Below are positions 17,831-27,759 of a stretch of 64,000 nucleotides of DNA, piece by piece; within the stretch, counting starts at the first letter, position 1; each line of letters begins with the position of its first letter. The notes beneath the pieces are model-generated. The model did not search any database. It saw only the letters and a program-made list of their open reading frames with translations, and was not told the DNA's origin. Both the position numbers and the translations under genes were made by a program. This stretch comes from Minisyncoccota bacterium (GTDB taxonomy: Bacteria > Patescibacteriota > Minisyncoccia > Phycocordibacterales > UBA2100), in the NCBI GenBank assembly GCA_031291875.1, contig JARLIE010000040.1, positions 3,011 through 67,010 of the forward strand, in the 5' to 3' direction.

Positions 17831-20020
17831 ATGCAAAAGAAAGAATATTCCGTCGAGATTGGCGGAAAAACTATGACGGCAGAATTCAACGACTGGGCAG
17901 ACCAGGCGAATGGCTCCGTTTTGTTGCGGTACGGCAATTCTGCGGTACTCGCGACAGCAGTAATGAGCGGGAAGGAATCGAATCTCGATTATTTTCCGCT
18001 TTCCGTTGAGTACGAGGAGAAATTTTACGCCGCGGGAGCGATACTTGGCTCGCGCTTCATGCGCCGCGAAGGTAGGCCTTCCGAAGAGGCTGTCCTCTCC
18101 GGCCGAATCGTCGACCGAACCATCAGACCGCTCTTCCCCAAGGGTCTCAAGCGTGACGTACAGGTCATCATCAGCGTCCTTTCGATTGAAGATTACGATA
18201 CCGACGTCCTGGCCGTGAACGCCGCTTCGCTCGCACTTGCTACATCCGATATCCCATGGAACGGACCTGTATCTGCTATGCGCGTTGACCTGAATAACGA
18301 AGGGGAGTTTATCGTGAACCCGACCTATTCGGAACGAGAAGCAGAAGGGCAGCGGATGGACCTGCTCGCGTGCGGAAAAGACGGTCTGATCAACATGATC
18401 GAAGTCGGTGCGCACGAAGTTTCGGAGAATCTCCTAGAAAAAGGTCTCGCTCGAGCCAGTGAAGAGATCGAAAAGATACAGGCTTGGCAAAAGTCTATCA
18501 TTGCGGAACTCGGAAAAGAGAAGCAAGCCTTCACCGCACCGGAAAGCAGCCCTGAAGTACAAGCCCTCTTCAAAGAGGTTGTTGAACCTAAACTCGATGA
18601 TGCCGTATTCGGCTCTACTGATGGTAATCTTGGAAAGAAAAACATGGGGGCTCTGAAGAGCGAGTGGGTAAAGGCAGCTGCTGCCGCGTTCCCCGACACG
18701 AAACCGAGCGTCTTTGACGCTTTATACGAAGAGCGCGTCGACGAATATATCCACCAGCAAGCGATTACGAAGAACCGCCGCGCGGACGGTCGAGCGATGG
18801 ACGAGATCCGTCCGCTCTACGCGCAAGCTGGTGGCCTGTCCCCAGTCGTCCACGGAGCAGGCATCTTTTACCGCGGCGCTACTCACGTTCTTGCCGCTCT
18901 TACACTTGCAGGCCCTGGCGACGCTCAACTCGTCGACACCATCGAGTACCAAGAAGCGAAGAAAACATTCATGCTTCACTACAACTTTCCGCCGTTCAGC
19001 GTCGGTGAAACAGGTCGCGTTGGCGGTATGAACCGTCGAATGATCGGCCACGGCGCACTCGCGGAAAAAGCTTTGCGCGCAGTGCTTCCGAACAAAGATA
19101 TTTTCCCTTATACGATCCGTATCGTTGCTGAATCGCTTGCCTCGAACGGCTCGACTTCGATGGCCAGCGTATGCGCCGGAACATTGTCGCTCATGGATGC
19201 TGGTGTTCCGATCAAGCGTCCAGTTGCTGGTATCGCGATGGGAATGATGTCAGATGCGAAAGCGGGCGCATACAAAGTGCTGACTGACATTCAGGGTCCC
19301 GAAGACCACCACGGCGATATGGACTTCAAGGTCGCCGGTACCGCCGAAGGCGTGACCGCCGTACAAATGGACGTGAAAGTAGAAGGTGTTCCGCTTACGG
19401 TACTTTCAGAGGCATTCCAACAAGCGAAAAAGGCTCGCATGCAGATTCTCGATGTGATCACCGCAGAGATCGCGGCGCCACGCGCAGATATTTCTCCTCG
19501 CGCACCGAAGATTCTCACCACGAAGGTCAAGGTCGACCAGATCGGTCTGGTCATCGGGCCAGGCGGGAAGACCATCAATGGGATCAAAGAACGCACCAAA
19601 GCGGATGACATTACCATCGAAGATGACGGTTCGGTCTTCGTCACAGGCAAAAATGGTGCTGCTGAAGCGGCGCTCAAAGAAATCATCGACCTTACTCGTG
19701 ATTACGAGATTGGCGAGCGTTTTGAAGGTCCGGTGACCCGTCTTATGGACTTCGGTGCCTTCGTAAAAATCGGCCCGAACACAGAAGGCTTGGTGCACGT
19801 CTCCGAAGTGGCGCCGTTCCGAATCGCAAAAATCTCGGACGCCGTGCAACTTGGTGACATCGTTCCGGTCGTCCTGAAAGAAATTGACGAGAAAGGGCGG
19901 TATAATCTCTCAATCAAGGCAGCAGATCCGGATTTCGCCGCTCGCAAAGGCTTGAAACCGTCCGCAGGCCCTGACCACAATGAACGACGACGAGAAGACC
20001 GTCCCCGAAGACACGAATAA
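17831..20020 (+). CDS. pnp: Polynucleotide phosphorylase
   Basis: Two RNase PH domains, a KH domain and a C-terminal S1 domain (GERFEGPVTRLMDFGAFVKIGPNTEGLVHVSEV). Confidence 0.92.
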   Translation: MQKKEYSVEIGGKTMTAEFNDWADQANGSVLLRYGNSAVLATAVMSGKESNLDYFPLSVEYEEKFYAAGAILGSRFMRREGRPSEEAVLSGRIVDRTIRPLFPKGLKRDVQVIISVLSIEDYDTDVLAVNAASLALATSDIPWNGPVSAMRVDLNNEGEFIVNPTYSEREAEGQRMDLLACGKDGLINMIEVGAHEVSENLLEKGLARASEEIEKIQAWQKSIIAELGKEKQAFTAPESSPEVQALFKEVVEPKLDDAVFGSTDGNLGKKNMGALKSEWVKAAAAAFPDTKPSVFDALYEERVDEYIHQQAITKNRRADGRAMDEIRPLYAQAGGLSPVVHGAGIFYRGATHVLAALTLAGPGDAQLVDTIEYQEAKKTFMLHYNFPPFSVGETGRVGGMNRRMIGHGALAEKALRAVLPNKDIFPYTIRIVAESLASNGSTSMASVCAGTLSLMDAGVPIKRPVAGIAMGMMSDAKAGAYKVLTDIQGPEDHHGDMDFKVAGTAEGVTAVQMDVKVEGVPLTVLSEAFQQAKKARMQILDVITAEIAAPRADISPRAPKILTTKVKVDQIGLVIGPGGKTINGIKERTKADDITIEDDGSVFVTGKNGAAEAALKEIIDLTRDYEIGERFEGPVTRLMDFGAFVKIGPNTEGLVHVSEVAPFRIAKISDAVQLGDIVPVVLKEIDEKGRYNLSIKAADPDFAARKGLKPSAGPDHNERRREDRPRRHE

Positions 20021-21209
20021 AATTCAGCAAAACGGTTTACCAGTGCCGCAGGCTGCATCCGTGCAACCTGCGGTTTCTGCTATACCGCAAACACAACCGA
20101 ACAGTGGCGGGCAAGGCGCGCCAGCGAGCGACTTCGCAAAAATCCTAAAAGAGATAAAACTTCCCGAAAGACGGGACTTTAAGGCCACCGCCGATATAAA
20201 AAAAGCAGCTCCGGAACCTGAGGCGGCCATTCTCGCGGAGCGAGTTATAAAAACAGCCTCAGCCCAAAGCCAAAAACCAGCCGCCGAGCAACAGCCCATT
20301 GAGGCCCCAAAAAACGAACGTTCGTCCTCGATTGTTTCTCCCGTGAGAACCCTTAAAGATGACTTGCAGACGGTGGTGCGCGAGCAAAAGATATCCTTGG
20401 TCCACGCAGCAACCTTGGAAGAAGAGAAAAAACACGGACAGGAACATCTGACGCCCGAGCAGAAGGAGATAAAAACACATAAATCGCGAAGAACCGCAGG
20501 CATCCTTTTTGCCTCGGCCGTCTTGATCTTCTTGGGTGTCGGAGCTGTTTTTGGCGTGTACTTGGTTATGCAGGAGCAGCAGGCAATACCTACCGTCCAG
20601 CAATCTTCGCTTCTGTTCGCGGAACAAACATTGAGTGTGCCCCTCAACAACCAGAATCCACAAAGTTTGAAGAGTATCCTCGCGCAGGCTAGAACCAAAT
20701 CATTGGGTAGTCTGGGCTCTATAACGAGGATCGTGCCGGTGGTACAAGCGACATCTACAAGCGGGGCAACTCAGACATCTCCAGCTTCAATCGCCCAGTT
20801 CTTCTCATCACTCGGAATCAATCCGCCGCAAGAACTTATGAATTCTATTGGACCTGACTTCTTCTTCGGTTTCCACGTTGTCGATACCAATGCTCCTTTA
20901 TTGATCATCCCGGTTACCTCGTACGACCACGCATTTGCAGGCATGCTTGCCTGGGAACCGAATCTTGATGCTGATCTGTCCCCAGTATTTACGAACGTTT
21001 CCATGACTGTACTAACGAATGGGGTTCCGATGCAACGGACATTCCAAGATACAGTCATGCGCAATTACGATGTTCGAGAACTGACCGATGACTCGGGAAA
21101 CGTCGTGCTCTATTATTCGTTTCCGACACCGAATATTCTCGTGATCGCTCAAAGTCCATATTCATTCACGGAAATCCTGAGTCGGTTGCAAGCTGCTCGG
21201 AAACTTTGA
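19980..21209 (+). CDS. Hypothetical membrane protein
   Basis: 409-aa ORF overlapping the pnp end by 41 nt; an alternative GTG start lies near 20043. Single TM helix (GILFASAVLIFLGVGAVFGVYLVM). No known motif. Confidence 0.5.
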   Translation: MNDDEKTVPEDTNKIQQNGLPVPQAASVQPAVSAIPQTQPNSGGQGAPASDFAKILKEIKLPERRDFKATADIKKAAPEPEAAILAERVIKTASAQSQKPAAEQQPIEAPKNERSSSIVSPVRTLKDDLQTVVREQKISLVHAATLEEEKKHGQEHLTPEQKEIKTHKSRRTAGILFASAVLIFLGVGAVFGVYLVMQEQQAIPTVQQSSLLFAEQTLSVPLNNQNPQSLKSILAQARTKSLGSLGSITRIVPVVQATSTSGATQTSPASIAQFFSSLGINPPQELMNSIGPDFFFGFHVVDTNAPLLIIPVTSYDHAFAGMLAWEPNLDADLSPVFTNVSMTVLTNGVPMQRTFQDTVMRNYDVRELTDDSGNVVLYYSFPTPNILVIAQSPYSFTEILSRLQAARKL

Positions 21210-21246
21210 TATTGGTTGCGTTTTAGTTTTTGGTATACTTTCGGTC

Positions 21247-21615
21247 ATGAAGATACCACAGGAAGACATTGAAGAATTACGAGGTGAACTCGAAGCTGAG
21301 CGCGACTCCCTTGAGGAAGAGCTTGCGTCGCACGGACGTGTTCAGAACGATACGGGCGAGTGGGAAGGAGCTTCTATAGGCTTTGAGGGCGAAGAGGCCG
21401 ATCCCAACGACGTGGCGGATCAGATCGAAGAGCTCGCAACCAATATTCCGCTAGTAAAGGAACTGGAGGGACGACACACGGACGCGATAGACGCGCTTGA
21501 AAAAATGGACGAGGGTGTCTATGGGATTTGCGAAGAATGCGACGAGCCAATCGATCTCGATCGACTGAAAGCAAACCCTTCTGCCCGCACGTGCATAAAA
21601 CACGCCGATCGATAG
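21247..21615 (+). CDS. DksA/TraR family C4-type zinc-finger protein
   Basis: Acidic coiled coil followed by CEECDEPIDLDRLKANPSARTCIKH, the DksA/TraR Cys4 motif. Confidence 0.75.
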   Translation: MKIPQEDIEELRGELEAERDSLEEELASHGRVQNDTGEWEGASIGFEGEEADPNDVADQIEELATNIPLVKELEGRHTDAIDALEKMDEGVYGICEECDEPIDLDRLKANPSARTCIKHADR

Positions 21616-21637
21616 CGAGTGATATAATTGACCCACT

Positions 21638-23170
21638 ATGGGGTCAAACTTCGCTCGCGTTTTCGCGGCGCAGCCTGCTTTGCCTGCTGCACAATTAGTC
21701 TCGGTGGAGGCTGATCTTGCTCGAGGTTTGCATGCATTTTCAATCGTAGGGCTGCCTGATAAAGCGGTAGAAGAGGCACGCGACCGTGTCGCGAGCGCTA
21801 TTAAAAATTCGGGCCTTACGTCACCGAAAAGTACAAACAAAAAGATCGTCATATCACTTGCGCCCGCTGAACTCAAAAAAGAAGGTGCTGCATTCGATTT
21901 GCCCGTTGCGCTCGCGTATTTGCTTGCAGCAGAGGATTGTGAGTTTGACCCTGCTGGGAAACTTTTTGCAGGTGAGCTCGCGCTCGATGGCACGCTTCGA
22001 CCAATTCGAGGCGCCCTTTCCATAGCACTTCTCGCAAAAAGAGAAGACTTCAAAGAAGTGTACGTACCTGAGGAGAATGCCGAAGAGGCTTCGCTTGTTT
22101 CCGGTATTTCGGTTATGCCGGTGAGAACGCTCTCGGACGTACTTACACATCTTGATAAGAAAAAGGAATTCACGCTCTTACCCCATACGAACGTACGAAA
22201 ACTGATCCCGGTCGAGGTTGCTGAATTCTCTTTGAGTGAGATCCGTGGCCAAGAGAGTGCGAAACGAGGACTTGAGATTGCAGCCGCTGGGCGACACAAT
22301 ATCGCGCTTTATGGGCCTCCCGGCACCGGCAAAACAATGCTTGCACGAGCGGCATCGGCGCTTCTCCCGCCGCTTTCGGAAGATGAAATTATCGAAGTCA
22401 CAACGATTCACTCGCTTGCGGGCACGCTTCACTCAGGCGCAATGTTTCACCCACCGTTTCGCTCGCCGCATCACACGTCGAGCTACGCATCACTTATAGG
22501 CGGTGGGGTGGTGCCCCGCCCCGGCGAAGTCACCCTCGCCCATCGCGGGCTCTTGTTCTTGGATGAGTTTCCTGAGTTTCATCGTGATGTCGTGAATGCG
22601 CTACGCGAACCGCTCGAAGATTCGAAGGTATCGGTTTCACGAGCTCGTGGGACCGCAACGTTTCCTGCTAATTTTATGCTCATCGCCGCGCTCAATCCAT
22701 GTCCGTGTGGAAAATATGGAACATCTGAATGCAAATGTACTCCGCTATCGATAGAACGATACCGACGTAAAATCTCTGGTCCGGTCGCTGATCGTATCGA
22801 TATGTGGGTTCACGTCGGAGAAATGCCTCCGGAAAAACTCGCTCAGCACGCAAAGCAAAATGCCCGTGAAACGCAAGAGGTTCGCGAGCGGATCATGAGC
22901 GCACGAAAACGACAATCTGAACGTTTTATCGACATCAAGGATGTCTCGACTAACGCTGATATGGGTCCAAAAGAAATTGAATCATCTGCAAATCTTTCTA
23001 TAAAAGCGGAGGAGACACTACTCTCGGCGGCACGCCAATTAAAACTTTCCGCACGCGGATATCACCGGACCATTAAGCTCGCCCGCACAATCGCGGACCT
23101 CGCCGAACGTGAATCAATAGAGTCCTCACACATGTTGGAAGCACTGCAGTATCGCCAGCGTGAACTCTAG
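21638..23170 (+). CDS. comM: YifB/ComM family Mg-chelatase-like AAA+ ATPase
   Basis: Lon-protease-like N-terminal domain, Walker A (GPPGTGKT) and the C-terminal ComM domain. Confidence 0.85.
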   Translation: MGSNFARVFAAQPALPAAQLVSVEADLARGLHAFSIVGLPDKAVEEARDRVASAIKNSGLTSPKSTNKKIVISLAPAELKKEGAAFDLPVALAYLLAAEDCEFDPAGKLFAGELALDGTLRPIRGALSIALLAKREDFKEVYVPEENAEEASLVSGISVMPVRTLSDVLTHLDKKKEFTLLPHTNVRKLIPVEVAEFSLSEIRGQESAKRGLEIAAAGRHNIALYGPPGTGKTMLARAASALLPPLSEDEIIEVTTIHSLAGTLHSGAMFHPPFRSPHHTSSYASLIGGGVVPRPGEVTLAHRGLLFLDEFPEFHRDVVNALREPLEDSKVSVSRARGTATFPANFMLIAALNPCPCGKYGTSECKCTPLSIERYRRKISGPVADRIDMWVHVGEMPPEKLAQHAKQNARETQEVRERIMSARKRQSERFIDIKDVSTNADMGPKEIESSANLSIKAEETLLSAARQLKLSARGYHRTIKLARTIADLAERESIESSHMLEALQYRQREL

Positions 23171-23242
23171 GCTAGCTACGGCTTACAAAAGCACCATCAA
23201 TACGAGGAGAACCTTGCGCCAAAAAGAAACATTGGTCATACG

Positions 23243-24376
23243 CTAGAAAGGATTACGAATGCCGTCGCGGATTTCGAAGTGCAGGTGAGGTCCCGTGGCA
23301 TCGCCTGTTTCTCCCACGTACCCGATCACCTGTCCTTGAACTACCGGTTCACCGTCGTACGCAGCAACCTTACTCATGTGGCCATACAATGTTTGCGCGC
23401 CGTTGGGGTGTTGGATAACAACGTAGCTACCGTAACCTCCATTCCAACCTCCTGAGCGAGCAACAATAACCGTTCCGTCTGCTGAAGCCATAATAGGGGA
23501 GCCGATTGATGCAGCCAGGTCGACTGCATTGTATCCGTGGATACCTTGAGTCTGAACGAAATGTGCGAGCGGAGAAATATAGTACGCGTCCTGCTGACAT
23601 GAGCCAATCGGACCGACGTTGTGCGAGGGCTCTGCCGGATTATCTGCGTCCGGAATAAATGTTCCGCAATCTCCAGCCGTACCGTGTAGGACCTTGGTCG
23701 AAGCGGCTGACTTACCCGGTTTGGTACTTGCCGTTGCTCCCTTTGTTGTTGCAAGCGCGGGTGATGCCGAAGCTTCACCATTAGGGATAATAATTTGTGT
23801 GCCGACAGCCAAGCTAGAGTCGTCGATATTGTTATATGATTCGATTTCAGTTACGTCGCCGTCGAATGCCTTTGCGATCGACTCGATCGTATCGCCCTTT
23901 TTGACGGTGTATTGGACTCCTGCGATAGGCAAAATCACAAGCTGATCGCCCGGCTGCAGTACGGCACTGCGAGGCAGATCGTTCGCCGAAAGAATGGTTC
24001 CAGTCGTGACGCCGAAAAGTTTCGCAATGCTTGAAAGGGTATCTCCAGGCTGCACGACGTACACGCTAATAGTCGGGTTTGCTGGTTTTACGATATCGGC
24101 GAGAGTGCCCGCGGGGCCTTCTTCCGAAATCAGGGCCGTATTATCTACAATAGTTACGTTTCCATCGCCGACACCTGGAGTTGGGTCAATATTATTGGCA
24201 GGTTGTAGCACAGACATCATCTGGAGATTCGGAGTCATCGTCGCGCTCGCTGAAGACGACACATCGGCGCTCAAATTTCCAAAAACAGATGAGGCGCGAG
24301 CGAAAGCTGGCACAATAGTGCCTAGTACGATGAGTACTGAGAGAAGTGAAGCTGCCGAGCCTAAGGCTCGCTGCAA
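23243..24376 (-). CDS. LysM-domain M23 family metallopeptidase
   Basis: Signal peptide, two LysM repeats (YVVQPGDTLSSIAKLFG; YTVKKGDTIESIAKAF) and M23 motifs (HxxxD...GDATGPHLHFEIR). Confidence 0.85.
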   Translation of the reverse strand: MQRALGSAASLLSVLIVLGTIVPAFARASSVFGNLSADVSSSASATMTPNLQMMSVLQPANNIDPTPGVGDGNVTIVDNTALISEEGPAGTLADIVKPANPTISVYVVQPGDTLSSIAKLFGVTTGTILSANDLPRSAVLQPGDQLVILPIAGVQYTVKKGDTIESIAKAFDGDVTEIESYNNIDDSSLAVGTQIIIPNGEASASPALATTKGATASTKPGKSAASTKVLHGTAGDCGTFIPDADNPAEPSHNVGPIGSCQQDAYYISPLAHFVQTQGIHGYNAVDLAASIGSPIMASADGTVIVARSGGWNGGYGSYVVIQHPNGAQTLYGHMSKVAAYDGEPVVQGQVIGYVGETGDATGPHLHFEIRDGIRNPF

Positions 24377-24725
24377 TTTGGCTCTATTACTTGCCTTTTT
24401 GAAGGCTTCGGATTCTGATTTTCGTTTTTCGATATGCTTTTCCGACGGCTGTCCCGACTATTCCATGTGCAAAAGGCCTCCAAGGCCCCAGCAATAAATA
24501 AGAGTAGACTTTAAGCCGTTTTTTGACGATGGCGGATACGGAGTAACTGAAATACCGCTTTGTTAAGCCCTTTTTTCTGAAATGGCAGTCGGTTTGGGAG
24601 AAGGGAAACACCACCGCTGGGTTCATGCTACCGTCATTGGGTCTTCAGAGTCAATTCATCATGAACTAGGACGGTGGATAGCAATTTTGTCAAATTTTAC
24701 CAGATCGACATGCTATAGTCGCCCA

Positions 24726-26615
24726 GTGAAATACCTCGACGGCCTCAATGAACGCCAAAAAGAAGCTGCAAGTAGCATCGATGGTCCCTTACTGATTGTT
24801 GCTGGCGCTGGCGCTGGTAAAACCAAAACGATTACGCATCGTATCGCACATCTTATAGATGTCGGGGTCCCCGCACATGCGATAGTGGCGGTTACTTTTA
24901 CCAATAAAGCCGCTGGCGAGATGCGCGAACGCGTCCGATCCTTGGTCCCTCCGGGAAGAGGGGTTCCGCTGGTAACAACCTTTCATAGTCTGGGTGTTCG
25001 GCTCCTACGTGAATTCCATGAAGCAGCTCGATTGCCGCGGAGCTTTACGATCTGGGATCGGGATGACTCAATGCGGGCCCTAAAGCGAATCGTGGAAAGT
25101 GTTAATTCGGACCTACCGCCTCGAAGTGCGCTTTCCGTGATCTCAAGACAAAAAGGGGACGGTGTTTCTTTGAAAGAGTATGCGGCCTCGGCAAGCGATT
25201 ATCGTGCACAACAGGTCGCGCGCATTTGGGAAAAGTACGATGCCGAACTCAAAGAAGAGGGGGCGCTCGACTTTGACGACCTGCTCTTGAAAACACTCGA
25301 GCTGCTTCGTACTTCTCCTGAGGTGAGGACACTTCTCCAGAACCGCTGGCAGTACATCACCATCGATGAGTATCAAGATACCAACAAGTCTCAATATGAG
25401 ATCGCTCGCATTCTCGCTGGTGAAAAAAGGAACATTTGCGTCGTCGGCGATATTGATCAAAACATCTATAGCTGGCGCGGAGCGCAGATCGATCACCTGC
25501 TCGATTTCGAAAAAAACTTTCCCGGTACCAAAGTGGTTCTGCTTGAACAAAATTATCGCTCGACCCGCACCATTCTTGCTGCCGCAAATTCAATTATTCA
25601 GAAGAATCGTCGACGAGTCCCTAAAAATCTTTTTACCGACAATCCGGTAGGGGAAGCGATCCAGACGTTTGGCGCACGAAACGATATCGAAGAGGCGTGG
25701 TTTGTGGCAGATCGGACAGCGCAAATGATCGAACAAGGGGTACCTCCAAAGGAAATCGCCGTATTATATAGAGAGAATTTCCAATCGCGTGCCTTGGAAG
25801 AAGCGATGCTTGCGGCTGGAATTCCTTACCGCGTGCTGGGTACGAGATTCTTTGATCGCAAAGAAGTGAAAGATGTACTCTCGTATTTGCGCGCTGCGAT
25901 GAATCCGAAGAGTAAGGTCGACATGGGGCGTATAGTCGCGGTACCGTCACGAGGCATCGGAAAAGTGACTCTCGAAAAGATCCTTGAGGGTAAAGATAAC
26001 GAACTTTCCGGCGCGGCGAAATCAAAAGTATTGTCGTTTAGGACATCGCTCACAAAGATCAAGCACGCGATTGAAAACCTTCCGTGTTCGGAGGCTGTCG
26101 CGTACGCTGCGGAAGAAAGCGGCATAGATGCGATGTTAAAAAATCAGGGCGATGAGGGTAAAGAGCGGCTCGATAACGTTCGAGAGCTCGTGAATTTCGC
26201 GACCCGTTATGACGATTTTCCTCCCTTTGAGGGGATCGAGCGACTCTTGGAAGAGGCGGCCTTGCAGAGCGATCAGGATCAGCTCGCGCACGATGTACGA
26301 AATTCAGTTGCTCTCATGACGGTGCATGCCTCGAAGGGACTTGAATTCAATACGGTATTCATAACGGGACTTGAGCAAGGTCTATTTCCATCTGAGCGCG
26401 AGGGAGGCGGCGAACGAGACCCGGAAGAAGAGCGACGATTGTTTTATGTTGCGATCACGCGAGCAAAATCACGAGTATTCCTTTGTTATGCGAGAGAACG
26501 CTTGCGATGGGGTTCGCGCGAGTATACGCTTCCTTCCGAATTCCTCAGTGAGATCGACGATCGGCTTTTACAGCCAGCCGGTTTCGATGATGGCGAACAG
26601 ACGATACATATATGA
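24726..26615 (+). CDS. ATP-dependent DNA helicase UvrD/PcrA
   Basis: LNERQKEAA...AGAGAGKTKTITHRIAHL Walker A and SF1 helicase motifs throughout. I placed the start at GTG 24726 (VKYLDGLNERQ), where N-terminal homology begins; the upstream part of the 24582 ORF has no homology. Confidence 0.8.
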   Translation: MKYLDGLNERQKEAASSIDGPLLIVAGAGAGKTKTITHRIAHLIDVGVPAHAIVAVTFTNKAAGEMRERVRSLVPPGRGVPLVTTFHSLGVRLLREFHEAARLPRSFTIWDRDDSMRALKRIVESVNSDLPPRSALSVISRQKGDGVSLKEYAASASDYRAQQVARIWEKYDAELKEEGALDFDDLLLKTLELLRTSPEVRTLLQNRWQYITIDEYQDTNKSQYEIARILAGEKRNICVVGDIDQNIYSWRGAQIDHLLDFEKNFPGTKVVLLEQNYRSTRTILAAANSIIQKNRRRVPKNLFTDNPVGEAIQTFGARNDIEEAWFVADRTAQMIEQGVPPKEIAVLYRENFQSRALEEAMLAAGIPYRVLGTRFFDRKEVKDVLSYLRAAMNPKSKVDMGRIVAVPSRGIGKVTLEKILEGKDNELSGAAKSKVLSFRTSLTKIKHAIENLPCSEAVAYAAEESGIDAMLKNQGDEGKERLDNVRELVNFATRYDDFPPFEGIERLLEEAALQSDQDQLAHDVRNSVALMTVHASKGLEFNTVFITGLEQGLFPSEREGGGERDPEEERRLFYVAITRAKSRVFLCYARERLRWGSREYTLPSEFLSEIDDRLLQPAGFDDGEQTIHI

Positions 26616-27406
26616 AGCACCGGCGCGGAGCAAGACTCGGACAGCATTTTCTGACCGGAACTTGGGCTGCTGAAAAACTCGTTGAGTCTGCGCTGATAAC
26701 GTCGCAAGATACCGTCCTCGAGATCGGGCCGGGAAAGGGCGCGCTCACGGGTGAAATCCTTAAAACTGGCGCACGCGTTGTTGCAATCGAGAAAGATGAT
26801 GCATTACCCGAACAACTTCGTTCAACGTTCCGTTCTGAAATTGATGCGGGACGACTGCAGGTAATCGAAGGGGACGTTCGAGATTTTGATCCTGAGCAGT
26901 GCGAGCCGCTCGCTAAAGGATATATTCTCGCCGCAAACATTCCGTACTACATAACCGGCGAGATCATTCGTCAGTTTCTTACTTCATCGCGTCAGCCGAG
27001 CACGATGGCTTTATTGATCCAAAAGGAAGTGGCTGACCGAATTCTCGCGAGAGATGGCAAGGAAAGTATTCTTTCGCTGTCGGTCAAAGCATACGGCGTA
27101 CCCGAAATTGCCGCGAAGGTTTCAAAAGGGAACTTTACTCCGCCGCCGCAGGTCGATTCCGCGATCCTGGTCGTGCGAACTATTTCAAAAGATTTATTTG
27201 ATCAGATTAGCGAGGAGCATTTCTTTCGCGTCGTGCGAACCGGCTTCTCCTCGAAGAGGAAATTCCTTGCCAGCAACCTATCGAATGAATTTGAACGCTC
27301 GACTGTTGTATCCGCTCTTCAGTCCTGTGGTTTATCTGAAAAAGTTCGATCAGAAGACGTTGCACTCGAGCAATGGAAACAAATCGCCTTAAGCTTATTG
27401 CGATGA
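26612..27406 (+). CDS. rsmA: 16S rRNA (adenine1518/1519-N6)-dimethyltransferase
   Basis: LGQHFL...VLEIGPGKGALT...NIPYYIT KsgA motifs. ATGA overlap with the uvrD stop. Confidence 0.85.
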   Translation: MKHRRGARLGQHFLTGTWAAEKLVESALITSQDTVLEIGPGKGALTGEILKTGARVVAIEKDDALPEQLRSTFRSEIDAGRLQVIEGDVRDFDPEQCEPLAKGYILAANIPYYITGEIIRQFLTSSRQPSTMALLIQKEVADRILARDGKESILSLSVKAYGVPEIAAKVSKGNFTPPPQVDSAILVVRTISKDLFDQISEEHFFRVVRTGFSSKRKFLASNLSNEFERSTVVSALQSCGLSEKVRSEDVALEQWKQIALSLLR

Positions 27407-27712
27407 ACCCATCATCGTAATCGCGATTCCGGTGTATACGATGATCGGCTCGATGGAAACGAGGCAGTAGTAGGGTGGGCTGGCGAGCCCTAAGAGCCAT
27501 TGGCCAGAGTGTGATGGGGGACCGAACTCGTAAGTAACCGTTGAGGGAGTCCACACAAATTGACCGCCACGCGGCGGCCCGACATTGGCCCAGATGGCGT
27601 CGTTGTAACAAAAAATCACCTGTCCTATCTGACCGCCGAAGGGAAACGCGAACGTGGTCGTCGGAAACGTGAGTGCGATCAGCGCAAATGTCGCAAGACC
27701 GCGCAGTTTCAT
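27395..27712 (-). CDS. Small secreted hypothetical protein
   Basis: 105 aa with a signal peptide (MKLRGLATFALIALTFPTTTFA), then Pro/Gly/Trp-rich mature part. No homology recognised. Confidence 0.4.
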   Translation of the reverse strand: MKLRGLATFALIALTFPTTTFAFPFGGQIGQVIFCYNDAIWANVGPPRGGQFVWTPSTVTYEFGPPSHSGQWLLGLASPPYYCLVSIEPIIVYTGIAITMMGSSQ

Positions 27713-27759
27713 GCCTCAATCGTAGCATACCGGTCAAAAGCGAGTGGTATAGTTTTCAC

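Noticed and set aside
17795-18415. 206-aa ORF on the minus strand
   Set aside because: Lies entirely antisense inside the strongly supported pnp gene. It has no motifs and its composition is typical of a shadow ORF.
21451-22299. 282-aa Ser/Ala-rich ORF on the minus strand
   Set aside because: Antisense to rny-independent comM coding sequence. It is low-complexity and reflects GC-rich antisense codons, not a gene.
24387-24626. 79-aa basic ORF on the minus strand in the M23/uvrD divergent spacer
   Set aside because: No homology, and it lies in a promoter region. Likely non-coding.
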